A stretch of 64,000 bases of DNA from Oligoflexia bacterium. Its GTDB lineage: Bacteria > Bdellovibrionota_C > UBA2361 > JBGSMV01. How positions within the stretch are numbered: the stretch's first letter is position 1; every line of letters begins with the position of its first letter. The notes under the pieces were generated by a model. The model saw only the letters and a program-made list of their open reading frames with translations. It did no database searches and was not told the DNA's origin. Location of the stretch: positions 35,496 to 99,495 of the forward strand of contig JAIBBU010000010.1 of assembly GCA_019694515.1 (NCBI GenBank), in the 5' to 3' direction. Of this stretch, positions 27,682-37,005 are shown piece by piece. The position numbers and the translations under genes are program-made.

Positions 27682-28530
27682 TTGGGAGAAATCATGCCAG
27701 CCGTAAGCGGAGTAGGGATTGGACTGCGTCGTGATTTGGCCGATGAAATCATTGCGCTAGAGAACAGTCCGATTCGTTTTCTGGAATGCGCCCCGGAGAA
27801 CTGGATGGGGGTCGGTGGATATTGGGGGAAAAAGCTGCGGCAAGCTGCTGAACATTATCCCTTCAACTGTCACGGACTGTCGCTCTCTCTGGGGAGCCCC
27901 GAGCCGCTCGATCATATCTTCTTGCAGCGGCTAAAGAAATTCTTTGCCGACTTTCCGGTGCAGATCTACTCCGAGCATCTGAGTTTCACCAAATGCGACA
28001 ACGCTCATACCTATGAGCTGCTGCCGATGCCCTTTCGTTCTGACGCGGTGCGTCATGTAGCGGGCCGCATTCGAGAGGTGCAAGAGATTTTGGAACGGCA
28101 GATCGCGATTGAAAATGTTTCTTACTACACCCCGGTAGCTCCCGAGCTGGGCGAGGCTGAATTCATCGCGGCGATTCTCAAAGAAGCCGACTGCAAGCTG
28201 CTGCTGGATGTGAACAATGTGTTCGTGAATGCCTTTAATCACGGCTATGATGCGCGCGGCTTCATCTCGGCCTTGCCCCTCGATCGTGTTGCTTACATCC
28301 ATATGGCGGGCCACGAGCAGCGCACTCCGGATCTGATTATTGATACGCATGGCGAGCCGATTATCGATCCGGTCTATGAACTTTTTGAGTGGACGATTGA
28401 GCGTTTACACCCCGTGCCGGTGCTCCTGGAGCGTGATTATAACTTCCCGGAGTTTCCGGATTTACTAGCAGAAGTTTCGAGGTTGCAAGCGATTGCTTCC
28501 AAAGTTTGGCACCAACAGGCGGCGGCTTAA
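27682..28530 (+). CDS. DUF692-family multinuclear non-heme iron oxidase (MNIO; MbnB/TglH/HvfB/BufB family RiPP maturase)
   Basis: GVGIGLRRDL, the SEHLSF motif, ENVSYY, LLLDVNNVFVNAFNHGYDA, IHMAGH and IDTHG are all hallmark DUF692 motifs in the correct order. Confidence 0.9.
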   Translation: MGEIMPAVSGVGIGLRRDLADEIIALENSPIRFLECAPENWMGVGGYWGKKLRQAAEHYPFNCHGLSLSLGSPEPLDHIFLQRLKKFFADFPVQIYSEHLSFTKCDNAHTYELLPMPFRSDAVRHVAGRIREVQEILERQIAIENVSYYTPVAPELGEAEFIAAILKEADCKLLLDVNNVFVNAFNHGYDARGFISALPLDRVAYIHMAGHEQRTPDLIIDTHGEPIIDPVYELFEWTIERLHPVPVLLERDYNFPEFPDLLAEVSRLQAIASKVWHQQAAA

Positions 28531-28532
28531 AA

Positions 28533-29294
28533 ATGGCGCTTGAAAAGAATACCACCGAAGTGATGCGTGAATTTGCGCAGTTTTGCCGCACTGGGGAGTA
28601 TCATCCGATCGCGGGGGTGCGGGACGATCGTGCCCAAGAGTATCGCCGTCTGGCATTCAATATCGTCGAGCACGCGTTGCGACGCGCATATCCTCTAACC
28701 GTCCGGGCGCTTGGAACGGAGTGGTCCGGGCTGATACAGCGCTTTTATGCCGAGTGGCCCCTGGTGAGTCCGGAGCTGTGGAAGATGCCGCGTCAGCTAT
28801 GTGATTTTGTCGGCGGCACGCAGTACGGTATGGCGACGGGGCGTCCCTGGCTTAATGACCTGCTACGTTTTGAGTGGTTGGAGATCGAGGTCTTCATGAT
28901 GGAGGATGTCGATCCTGGGGTGGTTAACGCCAAGGGGGATTTGGCCGGCCAGCCGGTAGTGCTGAATCAAGAGGTCGTTTTTTCGCGCTTTGAATATCCG
29001 GTCTTCAAAGTCGCAGCGGACCAGCTGACGGCACAGCAGGGCTGTTTTTTCCTGGCAACCTACCGTCATCCGCAAACACTAGAAGCTTGCTATACTGAGC
29101 TCTCGCTCTTATTCTTAAGGGTGCTTGAGATTCTGCAGATCCAGGAACTCTCCGGGAGTGCCGCGATCGAGCGAGCTGCTTCTGATTTGGGGATCGATCT
29201 GTCGGGCGGTGATGCGCGCCGCATGCTCGAGCTGCTCTCGGCTGCCCGGTCCGACGGTTTAATTTTAGGGGTAAGGAATGTTGATCTTCGCTAA
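28533..29294 (+). CDS. DUF2063-family partner protein of MNIO enzymes (MbnC/HvfC/BufC-like precursor-binding subunit)
   Basis: The start ATG lies 2 nt after the MNIO stop. DUF692 genes are characteristically followed by a DUF2063 gene. Sequence-level assignment is by context plus size, roughly 250 aa. Confidence 0.65.
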   Translation: MALEKNTTEVMREFAQFCRTGEYHPIAGVRDDRAQEYRRLAFNIVEHALRRAYPLTVRALGTEWSGLIQRFYAEWPLVSPELWKMPRQLCDFVGGTQYGMATGRPWLNDLLRFEWLEIEVFMMEDVDPGVVNAKGDLAGQPVVLNQEVVFSRFEYPVFKVAADQLTAQQGCFFLATYRHPQTLEACYTELSLLFLRVLEILQIQELSGSAAIERAASDLGIDLSGGDARRMLELLSAARSDGLILGVRNVDLR

Positions 29295-29628
29295 TTTGCT
29301 GCTGGCCATCGGCAAAGTTCTTGGAATGCTGCTCCAGATATTGCTTTATCTGGTGATTGCCCGTGCTATTATTTCCTGGGTCAACCCCGATCCTTATAAT
29401 CCGATCGTACGCTTTCTGCATTCATCGACCGATCCCTTTCTTCGACCGATTCGACGCTATGTACCATTGGTTGGCGGTGGCATCGATCTATCTCCGATCC
29501 TGTTGTTCGTGCTGATCATTTTCCTGCAATCCTTTTTGGTGCAAACCATGCTGGATTATTCGCTGTCGATCAGGAGCCGCTCGATTATGGTTCCGGCACC
29601 GGTAGCCGCCCCGGGATCTTTGACCTAG
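29278..29628 (+). CDS. YggT (Ycf19) family small membrane protein, translationally coupled to the DUF2063 gene
   Basis: ARAIISWVNPDPYNPIVRFLHSSTDPFLRPIRRYVPLVGGGIDLSPILLFVLIIFLQ matches the YggT consensus. It overlaps the upstream gene by 17 nt. Confidence 0.75.
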   Translation: MLIFANLLLAIGKVLGMLLQILLYLVIARAIISWVNPDPYNPIVRFLHSSTDPFLRPIRRYVPLVGGGIDLSPILLFVLIIFLQSFLVQTMLDYSLSIRSRSIMVPAPVAAPGSLT

Positions 29629-29707
29629 CGCTTAGCGGACGAGTTTTAAACCTTACACTTCAAGCATTTCGGCGCATATCCGTTGGGCTAATACAACGGA
29701 GAGTTAT

Positions 29708-30706
29708 ATGCAGCCCGAGACCGCCGTAGCACCTATACCAGATTCGCAAAATGTCTTTATCAGCGCCGCCGCGGGGGAAGAGGAAGTCTTAGCCGTCCCG
29801 CCTACCATAGACGGCCTCGATGTAAAGCGCTATCTAACCGAAATTGCGGGCCGTCACGGCCTGCTTGTCGATCCAGAGGTCGCGCTCAAAGAGACTGAGC
29901 GGCTCTTCAGTGCAATTGATCAGCCGATTGTGCGCGGAATTGTTTTGGAAGCGCTAGCACAGCGCAGTCCGGTACAATTTTATTGCCCGGCTGTTCGCGC
30001 CAAGTTTTTTGCCGCGCTTCAGCCGTATGCCGCAGATCCAGAGGTGCTGAATCTTGGAATTGAAACGCTGATGGGGGGCGATGAGCAGCCTGAGACAATT
30101 CAGGCTATCGAAAAAATCTTGAAGCAGGTCGATCTCTCCGAATTCCCGGCCTGCCAGGAGAAGTTGCATAATTGGCTGCTCCTTAATATCGCGCAGGCCC
30201 TGCCGGCGACTCTGCCTCCCACACTGGCAGCAGGATTTCGGGTAGCGGGTGGCGATGTCGAGGAGGGCGCGATCTCGAAGTCCCTGGTCGCTGCAGCTCT
30301 GCACTCTTACCGCCGCTTCCATGAGGAGACTGGATATGTGGAGGCGTTAAAGTGTCTCGGTACTCCGAAGTGCATGCGCACCTTAAGAGAAATGGCAGAG
30401 GAAACTATCTATCCCTATATGCATGAAAGCGGGCCTGCGCATCCTCCCGGCACATGCGAGACCGCGCTGCTTTTGGATATTGGTGCGGCGGTGACCGGAG
30501 GGGTCCTGGGCGGCGTTGCCACCTTTCACTTTGCATCACATCTCCCCTTCGCCGTCTTTCTTGGCGCGCTGGGTGGCCTAGTCGGCTTTACCCGTACGAG
30601 CGATTATCTGACCCATCGCTACATTATGGATCGGCCCACCAGAAAAGGACTAAATCCGGTGCAAAGCGCGAAAGCGCGCGAATTTTTGGAGAAGCCGGGA
30701 GATTAG
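29708..30706 (+). CDS. Hypothetical protein with a C-terminal double-TM/Gly-zipper segment (GAAVTGGVLGGVATFHFASHLPFAVFLGALGGLVG)
   Basis: 332-aa ORF with GGAGAG RBS. No recognised domain. Confidence 0.5.
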   Translation: MQPETAVAPIPDSQNVFISAAAGEEEVLAVPPTIDGLDVKRYLTEIAGRHGLLVDPEVALKETERLFSAIDQPIVRGIVLEALAQRSPVQFYCPAVRAKFFAALQPYAADPEVLNLGIETLMGGDEQPETIQAIEKILKQVDLSEFPACQEKLHNWLLLNIAQALPATLPPTLAAGFRVAGGDVEEGAISKSLVAAALHSYRRFHEETGYVEALKCLGTPKCMRTLREMAEETIYPYMHESGPAHPPGTCETALLLDIGAAVTGGVLGGVATFHFASHLPFAVFLGALGGLVGFTRTSDYLTHRYIMDRPTRKGLNPVQSAKAREFLEKPGD

Positions 30707-30760
30707 CCGCGGAATGGAGGTTGGAAACAGGGGCCTAGCCCGTTAAGCTGTGCTTAAGAT

Positions 30761-31942
30761 ATGACACAGCTAAAGCCGGTGCGTTTACGCCCGGCGCTTA
30801 TGAATTATGATTGGGGCAAGCGCGGCAGTAGTTCGCTTGCGGCCAAGCTTGCAGGGATTAAGACAGAAGATCCGGTAGCCGAGCTTTGGCTCGGCACCCA
30901 TGCAAAAGGTCCCGCCATAGCTGGTTCTGAGACTTTGGCCGAGTGGTTAGCACGCAGTCCGGAGCAGATCCTGGGCTCTGCCGTGCTTAGGAATTACGGC
31001 TCGACGCTGCCGTTCTTATTCAAAGTACTCTCAATTGCGGAGCCGCTCTCAATACAGCTGCATCCCAATCGAAAGCTGGCCGCGGAGCTGCACCTGCGCG
31101 ACCCCAAGCACTATCCGGATGGAAATCACAAACCCGAGATTGCAATTGCCCTGACCGAGATGCCGTTGCTCTACGGTCTGCGTTCATTTCACGATAGCGC
31201 AGAGCTGCTGTCACGGTTGCAGGCCTTGCAAGGTTTAGTCGGGGTGATTCTGCAGTTTGGCCCGGCCACCGCGCAGCATCGCGCCTTGGTGGAGAAGATC
31301 TTCGGGGCGGCTGCTACAGAACTAAAACCGATCTTAGATGCCGTGGCAGCAGAGTTGCGCAGCTGGGAGACCGGCAAGTTAAGGAAGGAAGATCTCCTGA
31401 TGATGCAGCTCCATGCTTTATACCCTGAGGGCGATCCGGGTGTGCTGGCTCCCTATCTGCTCAACTTCATCACTTTAAAACCCGGCCAAGCGATCTTTAC
31501 GGAGGCTCAGGTACCGCACGCCTACCTCGGCGGGGATTTGATCGAGTGTATGGCTAATTCAGATAACGTCGTGCGGGCGGGACTGACCCCGAAATTTAAG
31601 GATATCCCCACATTGCTGCAAATGTTGGACTTCTCTAAGGCCGGCGCACCGCCGCGCTTGATCGACGCGGAGCGACCGATCCGCGGAGTGGCGCGCTTCT
31701 CGGTTGCCGAGTGCCGGGAATTCTTGGTGGAGCAGCTGACCGGACCAGGAGACTTCGCACCATGCGGCAGCGGGTCGATCGAAATTCTGATTAGCGTGGA
31801 TGGAGTAGGGGAGTTGGCGGCGGGCGGCGAGGTATTTTCAATTAAATCCGGCGATGCGCTGGCTGTGCCGGCGCTGTGTGCTTACCAAATACGGTTAAGC
31901 GGCGGCGCTCTTTTTAGAGCTGCGGTGCCTACCGCAGCCTAG
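30761..31942 (+). CDS. manA: Mannose-6-phosphate isomerase, type I (PMI)
   Basis: LMNYDWGKRGSSSLAAKL ... LPFLFKVLSIAEPLSIQLHPN ... HKPEIAIALTE are PMI type I signatures. Confidence 0.8.
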   Translation: MTQLKPVRLRPALMNYDWGKRGSSSLAAKLAGIKTEDPVAELWLGTHAKGPAIAGSETLAEWLARSPEQILGSAVLRNYGSTLPFLFKVLSIAEPLSIQLHPNRKLAAELHLRDPKHYPDGNHKPEIAIALTEMPLLYGLRSFHDSAELLSRLQALQGLVGVILQFGPATAQHRALVEKIFGAAATELKPILDAVAAELRSWETGKLRKEDLLMMQLHALYPEGDPGVLAPYLLNFITLKPGQAIFTEAQVPHAYLGGDLIECMANSDNVVRAGLTPKFKDIPTLLQMLDFSKAGAPPRLIDAERPIRGVARFSVAECREFLVEQLTGPGDFAPCGSGSIEILISVDGVGELAAGGEVFSIKSGDALAVPALCAYQIRLSGGALFRAAVPTAA

Positions 31943-32072
31943 CCCGCAGATAGTTATTTCTGTGGCAATAATGAATCGGTCAACAGTTCTCTGATGCGGA
32001 TTGGGAATTCGGAGACGGGCACGGAAACCAGTCTCGGAATCGGGAGGAATTCCCTCCTCGCAGTACTAACAC

Positions 32073-33284
32073 CTACAGCACCCGCGATAGATCGGAAATT
32101 CGCGCCAGGTCGGCGCAGATATTTTTCTGGTGCGCCTCGCTTGTGCCGCCGCCGATCTCCAAGAGCTTGGCGTCGCGCCAGAGTCGCTCTACGACGTAAG
32201 CACCAACGTAACCATAGCCGCCCAGAACCTGAATCGCCCGCTCGGCAATCTGTTTGCCGATGCGGCTCGCAAAAAGCTTCACGCCATCGGAGTCCAGCCG
32301 TTGTCCGGCTTTATGCAGGTCGATCTTTCTAGCGGTGTTATAAACGTATGCTCGAGCAGCTTGATATTCAGAGTAACTTTCTGCAATCAGGCGTTGCACC
32401 TGGCCGAATCCCGTGAGTTTCTTACCAAAGGCTTCTCGCTCATTGGCATAGGTTACCATCACTTCAATTGAGCGCCGCGCAATTCCCAAACTCATCGCCG
32501 CTAATCCCAACCGCTCGATCTCCAAATTCCGCATCATATGGGTCAACGATTCACCCTCTCGACCCACCAAGTTCTGCAGCGGAACGCTGCAATTGTCGAA
32601 GCACAGTTCAGCCGTATTAGAAGCACGCATGCCGAGCTTGTCCGTAATCTTTTGTCCAACGGAGAAGCCGCTGAACCCGCGTTCGATGATGAATGTGGAG
32701 ATGCTGCGATCTTCTGAACTGGCGCCGTCCCGGGCGTAAAGCAGCAGCACATCGCAGGGAGTTTTCTTGTCATCAACGGTGCCGTTGGTGATCCACATCT
32801 TTCTGCCATTCAGCACATATCCGTCTTTTTGTTTTTGCGCTGTGGTAGTCATCCCCAGGACGTCGGTGCCGACGCCCGGTTCTGAGAGCCCCATTGCTCC
32901 GATCCATTCGCCGCTGCAAAGTTTAGGCAGATAGCGCCGCTTTTGTTCCTCCGAAGCATTAGCCGCGATGTTGTTGGCGCAAAGCAGGGCGTGCGCCAGA
33001 AATGCCAAGCAAAAACCGGGATCAGACGCGGAAAGCTCTTCATGCACAATGACCGCCGCCAGCGCGTCGAGTCCGGCGCCGCCATATGTTTCCGGAACGG
33101 TTATGCCGAGCAGTCCCAGTCCGCCAAGGTGCTTGAAAAGTTCGGTGTTAAAATACTCTTTACGATCGCTGCTGAGGGCTTGTGGCTCGACCTCTTCGCG
33201 GGTGAAGTTTCGGACAGTCGACCGCAGCATGCGGAACTCTTCGCTGGGATTAAATAGGTCGAGGTTTTTTAGATGCGCATCCAT
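32073..33284 (-). CDS. Acyl-CoA dehydrogenase (isovaleryl/short-branched-chain type)
   Basis: GAMGLSEPGVGTDV, YVLNGRKMWITNG, and the C-terminal LGGYGY..E..ERLWRDAKL. The ATG at 33284 has AAGGTG 6 nt upstream and is preferred over the GTG at 33293. Confidence 0.9.
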   Translation of the reverse strand: MDAHLKNLDLFNPSEEFRMLRSTVRNFTREEVEPQALSSDRKEYFNTELFKHLGGLGLLGITVPETYGGAGLDALAAVIVHEELSASDPGFCLAFLAHALLCANNIAANASEEQKRRYLPKLCSGEWIGAMGLSEPGVGTDVLGMTTTAQKQKDGYVLNGRKMWITNGTVDDKKTPCDVLLLYARDGASSEDRSISTFIIERGFSGFSVGQKITDKLGMRASNTAELCFDNCSVPLQNLVGREGESLTHMMRNLEIERLGLAAMSLGIARRSIEVMVTYANEREAFGKKLTGFGQVQRLIAESYSEYQAARAYVYNTARKIDLHKAGQRLDSDGVKLFASRIGKQIAERAIQVLGGYGYVGAYVVERLWRDAKLLEIGGGTSEAHQKNICADLARISDLSRVL

Positions 33285-33432
33285 TACCAACACCTTAGAC
33301 GAGATCAGCAGCTTAGCGGCTCCGTCTCGACAAAATCAAAAGACTAATCGCCACAGAACTGTATCCAAAATAGCTTGGTTTGTCATGGCTCTACTGCCGC
33401 TCTAAACGGCCGTATGAGCTGCGCCGCTGTGG

Positions 33433-35253
33433 TCAGTTGATTTGCGGAAGTGGATCGGGAATCTTGGTGGGAATTGTAGTCGTCGAGGTATACTTCTTCC
33501 ACATTTGCGCAAAGTTACCCTGTTTGGCCAGCAGCTCGCTCAGGTTGCCCTGCTCGATGATCTCGCCCTGAGCGAAAACGTAGATCCGATCGAACATTCC
33601 CAAAAGATGCAGTTTGTGGATCGAGGAAACGACACAGCGATCTTTGAAATGCGCTAAGAGCGCCTCGTAAATCAACACTTCGTTTTGGCTGTCGACGCTA
33701 CTCGTAGGCTCATCCAGTAAAATTATATCGCTATCTTTGGCGGAGAATACGCCGCGCGCTAATGCCAGCCGCTGCTTTTCACCGCCGCTCATGTTGATGC
33801 CTTTCTGAGCGATGTTAGTTTCCAGTCCGAAGGGCATGCGCCCCAGAACCGGTTCAAAGCGCGCCAGCTTAATGGCCTCCAGGATCTCGGCCTCGGGGGT
33901 TTCGACACCAAATGTGATGTTAAAGCGCAAAGTATCGGCGAATATCTCGGGTTCTTGCGGAATCAAGGTGGTGTGGCGCGCCAGATGTAAGAGCTTGTTT
34001 TCCATCTCTGCCCCGTCGCAGGTCACGCTGACCCGCTTGGTGAACTGCAGGCCGCGCAAAACATTCATCATGGTGGTCTTGCCGCTGCCGCTCTCCCCGA
34101 CAAAGGCGATGCGGCTGCCGCGCTTCAGATCGATCGTGACATCTTTTAATTGATGTACACGATTTGTCGGGTCTTCGTAGGTGAAACTAAGGTTATTGAT
34201 CTTAACCTCTTTCCAGCCTTCGGGGAGAAATGAGTTGCTGCTCGCTTTGCGGAAATGCCGGTAGCTGTTGTGAATGGATTCCGCACTTTGCACATCTGCG
34301 GAATAACGCACAATCGCGCTGTATTTCCCGGCGAAGTCAAAGAACGATCCGCCGATACGGCGCAGATACTCAAACAGCGTGAAAAAGGTTCCGGAGAGCA
34401 GGACCTGTCCGCTGCCCACCGTCGACCATGCATACCAGCTCAAAGCTGCCACGATCGTAATCGTCATGATCATTGTGCCGACAAACCACTTGGCCTCGCT
34501 CATGATCACATTCTTCTTATAGAGCGGGAGTGCGTCCAGCATGCGGCGGGCCACTTCGCTGATCACTCGGATTTCGAGCCGCAGCGTAATTACGGTGACG
34601 ATATTGGTGACATAGTCATGAATCGCTGAAGCAATGCGGTTTTCGAACAGATTGAGATCTTTGTATTGCTGGAAGAGCTTGCGGTCGATGGCGAAGATTA
34701 GTCCCAGTGCCACGATCGAGGAACACAGCGAGATTATGGCGGCCTGCGGAAGAAAGAAGAACAGGATTATGTGTGAACCAACCAGACGAATTAAGGTGTA
34801 GACCAATTCAAAGCTGCTTGAGACGAAATCGCTGAGCGCACCGGAAGCGCGGTTGATGCGATCGATGTTTTCCCCGGAGTGATTATCTTTATGCCATTTT
34901 ACCGGCAGCTGCGTTACGAAGGTGAAGAGCTCCTTCTTATAGTTGGTACGGATGTTGAAAGCCAAGATGCGCTCGAGAACGCGCGCTGGACCATGGAAGC
35001 ACCAGAAGGTAATCTGCAGCGCCAGATATAAACCTAGGTAGTACATGACCTTGTGAAAAATCTGAGGGCTGCTGGAGCCTTCCTGCACAGTGTTCAGCAG
35101 CTGACCGATAATGTAGGGCTCGGAGAGGCTAAGACCCTGCGCAACGCAGAGCATCAGCACATACCCGATCAGGAGCTTGCGGTAGCCTGTGGCATACTCC
35201 CAAGCTTTGGCGATCAAACTGGCAACGGCACTTTGCGGCATCGAAAAGAACAA
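33433..35253 (-). CDS. ABC transporter, fused permease plus ATP-binding protein (exporter type, MsbA-like)
   Basis: N-terminal 6-TM domain. Walker A GESGSGKTT, signature LSGGEKQRLALAR, Walker B ILLDEPTSSVD. Confidence 0.9.
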   Translation of the reverse strand: MFFSMPQSAVASLIAKAWEYATGYRKLLIGYVLMLCVAQGLSLSEPYIIGQLLNTVQEGSSSPQIFHKVMYYLGLYLALQITFWCFHGPARVLERILAFNIRTNYKKELFTFVTQLPVKWHKDNHSGENIDRINRASGALSDFVSSSFELVYTLIRLVGSHIILFFFLPQAAIISLCSSIVALGLIFAIDRKLFQQYKDLNLFENRIASAIHDYVTNIVTVITLRLEIRVISEVARRMLDALPLYKKNVIMSEAKWFVGTMIMTITIVAALSWYAWSTVGSGQVLLSGTFFTLFEYLRRIGGSFFDFAGKYSAIVRYSADVQSAESIHNSYRHFRKASSNSFLPEGWKEVKINNLSFTYEDPTNRVHQLKDVTIDLKRGSRIAFVGESGSGKTTMMNVLRGLQFTKRVSVTCDGAEMENKLLHLARHTTLIPQEPEIFADTLRFNITFGVETPEAEILEAIKLARFEPVLGRMPFGLETNIAQKGINMSGGEKQRLALARGVFSAKDSDIILLDEPTSSVDSQNEVLIYEALLAHFKDRCVVSSIHKLHLLGMFDRIYVFAQGEIIEQGNLSELLAKQGNFAQMWKKYTSTTTIPTKIPDPLPQIN

Positions 35254-35339
35254 AGGAAAAGAATTGGGGGCGGCCGCCCGATCCGAAAAAAATAAGTGGA
35301 TGTGCCGCTAGCCTTTAGTATACTGAAATTATTGGAATT

Positions 35340-35684
35340 TTGCAATTTAGTCGATTGGTGGCAGCGGCTTCTAACACTTCGGAAAAATGGCTCTGGGAAG
35401 ATGGGGATAGGCTGTATATCGCACTTTCGGTCCAGCCGGGTGCGAAGCAAGACCGGGTCAAAGGGGTGCATGGTGAACGGCTGAAAATTGCGGTCAAGGC
35501 TCCGCCCCTGGAAGGGCGTGCTAATGAAGCGGTTGTGGAGTTTTTGGCGGCATTATTGCGGCTTCCAAAACGCGCGGTTTCAGTCCGCCATGGGGAAAGC
35601 AGCCGTGAGAAATTGATCGCTGTAACCGGTCTCACGCTGCAGGCAGCCGAACAGATCCTTAAGGCGCAATTTGAGTCAGTTTGA
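35340..35684 (+). CDS. DUF167 (YggU) family protein
   Basis: LSVQPGAKQDRVKGVHGERLKIAVKAPPLEGRANEAVVEFLAALLRLPKRAVSVRHGESSREKLIAV matches the YggU consensus. The exact start is uncertain. Confidence 0.7.
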   Translation: MQFSRLVAAASNTSEKWLWEDGDRLYIALSVQPGAKQDRVKGVHGERLKIAVKAPPLEGRANEAVVEFLAALLRLPKRAVSVRHGESSREKLIAVTGLTLQAAEQILKAQFESV

Positions 35685-35753
35685 GGGCTCCCTGGGCTTG
35701 AACTTGGCAGCAGGTTTCGCTATTCAGATGCGGCAGGGAGAACCAAGAGAGCT

Positions 35754-36083
35754 ATGCCGATTTACGAATATGAGTGCCCCAAATGCGGAGTGTTTGAGGT
35801 CGTTCAGAAATTTTCTGATAAGCCTTTAGACTGCAAGCCGGATTGTGAGGTCAAGAACTGTCCGCGCAAAGCCAAGCGCTTGATCTCCATGTCCGCCTTT
35901 CACCTAAAAGGCGGAGGTTGGTATAAGACCGACTACAAATCCTCGTCGACTGCGCCGGGCAAAGCCGCCGATAAGGGGACCGAGACTTCGGCTAAGGGTG
36001 ACGGTGTCAAGGAAACCGCTGCCAAGCCCGAAAACGCCAAGCCCGAAAAGAAGGATTCTAAGGTGGATAAGAAGGAGAAGTAG
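35754..36083 (+). CDS. FmdB-family zinc-ribbon protein with a Lys-rich tail
   Basis: MPIYEYECPKCGVFEV...CPRK is a CxxC...CxxC zinc-ribbon arrangement of FmdB type. Confidence 0.75.
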   Translation: MPIYEYECPKCGVFEVVQKFSDKPLDCKPDCEVKNCPRKAKRLISMSAFHLKGGGWYKTDYKSSSTAPGKAADKGTETSAKGDGVKETAAKPENAKPEKKDSKVDKKEK

Positions 36084-36166
36084 CTCCTTCGCGGCAGCTT
36101 TGGTGAGCGGCCATGAGATCTAGCGAGCGCATGCTCCTTTAAGATCGGTTCTGGTAAGCGCAGGAA

Positions 36167-36351
36167 GTGCCATAGAGGTAGGGATTGCTTCGCTCCGCTC
36201 GCAATGACACTACCCTTCGCTCCGCTCAATGACACTACCCTTCGCTCCGCTCGCAATTGCAGATGTTCCAAGTTTCCAGGACGAAATTCGTCTCCTTGCG
36301 CGCAGCTCTGTCATTGCGAGCGGAGCGAAGCAATCCCTACCTCTATGGCAC
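36167..36351. repeat. MITE-like repeat, copy D: perfect 43-bp terminal inverted repeats (GTGCCATAGAGGTAGGGATTGCTTCGCTCCGCTCGCAATGACA) flanking a ~99-bp interior that contains an internal tandem duplication
   Basis: Read directly. The interior carries CTACCCTTCGCTCCGCTC(G)CAAT twice, and the CGAAATTCGTCTCCTTGCGCGC module also seen at about 57.19 kb. It lies between convergent fmdB-like and recO. Confidence 0.9.
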
Positions 36352-36426
36352 CACTCTGGGCACTCCAACGCTGATCTTGAAAAAGGTCTTATGACCGACC
36401 CAGCTTTGCAGCTCTCCGTTGCCGCT

Positions 36427-37005
36427 TCATGTCAGTCGTTGCAATAGTTCTTCGACTACTGCTCTGCATTTCATCGGGGTTTCTGCCGAGCGCTCGATCC
36501 AATCCATCAGCCGCAGAAAACTTTTCATGCTGGGCTGCGCCGTTTCAGCATCGGAGTGAAAGCCTGAAACCTTCAGGAGTGAAGCCAATGCTAAATGTGA
36601 GGCGCGCAGAGCGCCCTTCAAGTCAGACGACTCATTCAGCGCGGCAAGACCGAGGGCCAGGATCTCGTAAAATTCTGCCCCGTCAGGATTACCCTCCTTG
36701 ATCAACAGATCGAAGCTTTCGCAGATCAAATTTGCGAGGGCGAACTTGTCCAGATCTTCCCGCAGGCCGCGCCATGCAGGCAGCGGTGAAAAACTCTGCA
36801 GAATAGCGAGGGAGCCGCGACCGCGCTTAATTTCGAACGCACCATGGTCGAATAGGTCGAGGTTTGTCGAGAAGCGCCGCTTGCTGCTGCGGGCATATTT
36901 GGCGATCGCCGAAAGCTTGCCTTCCTGAGAGCTGAGAATCCTTAAAACCAGGTCAGACTCCCCGCTGGGAAAGGTCCGAATAACTATCCCTTCATGCATT
37001 TGCAA
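36427..37005 (-). CDS. recO: DNA repair protein RecO (shorter than typical)
   Basis: N-terminal OB-fold region GIVIRTFPSGESDLVLRILSSQEGKLSAIAKYARSSKRRF matches the RecO N-domain. The ORF is 192 aa against a typical ~240 aa. Confidence 0.65.
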   Translation of the reverse strand: MQMHEGIVIRTFPSGESDLVLRILSSQEGKLSAIAKYARSSKRRFSTNLDLFDHGAFEIKRGRGSLAILQSFSPLPAWRGLREDLDKFALANLICESFDLLIKEGNPDGAEFYEILALGLAALNESSDLKGALRASHLALASLLKVSGFHSDAETAQPSMKSFLRLMDWIERSAETPMKCRAVVEELLQRLT

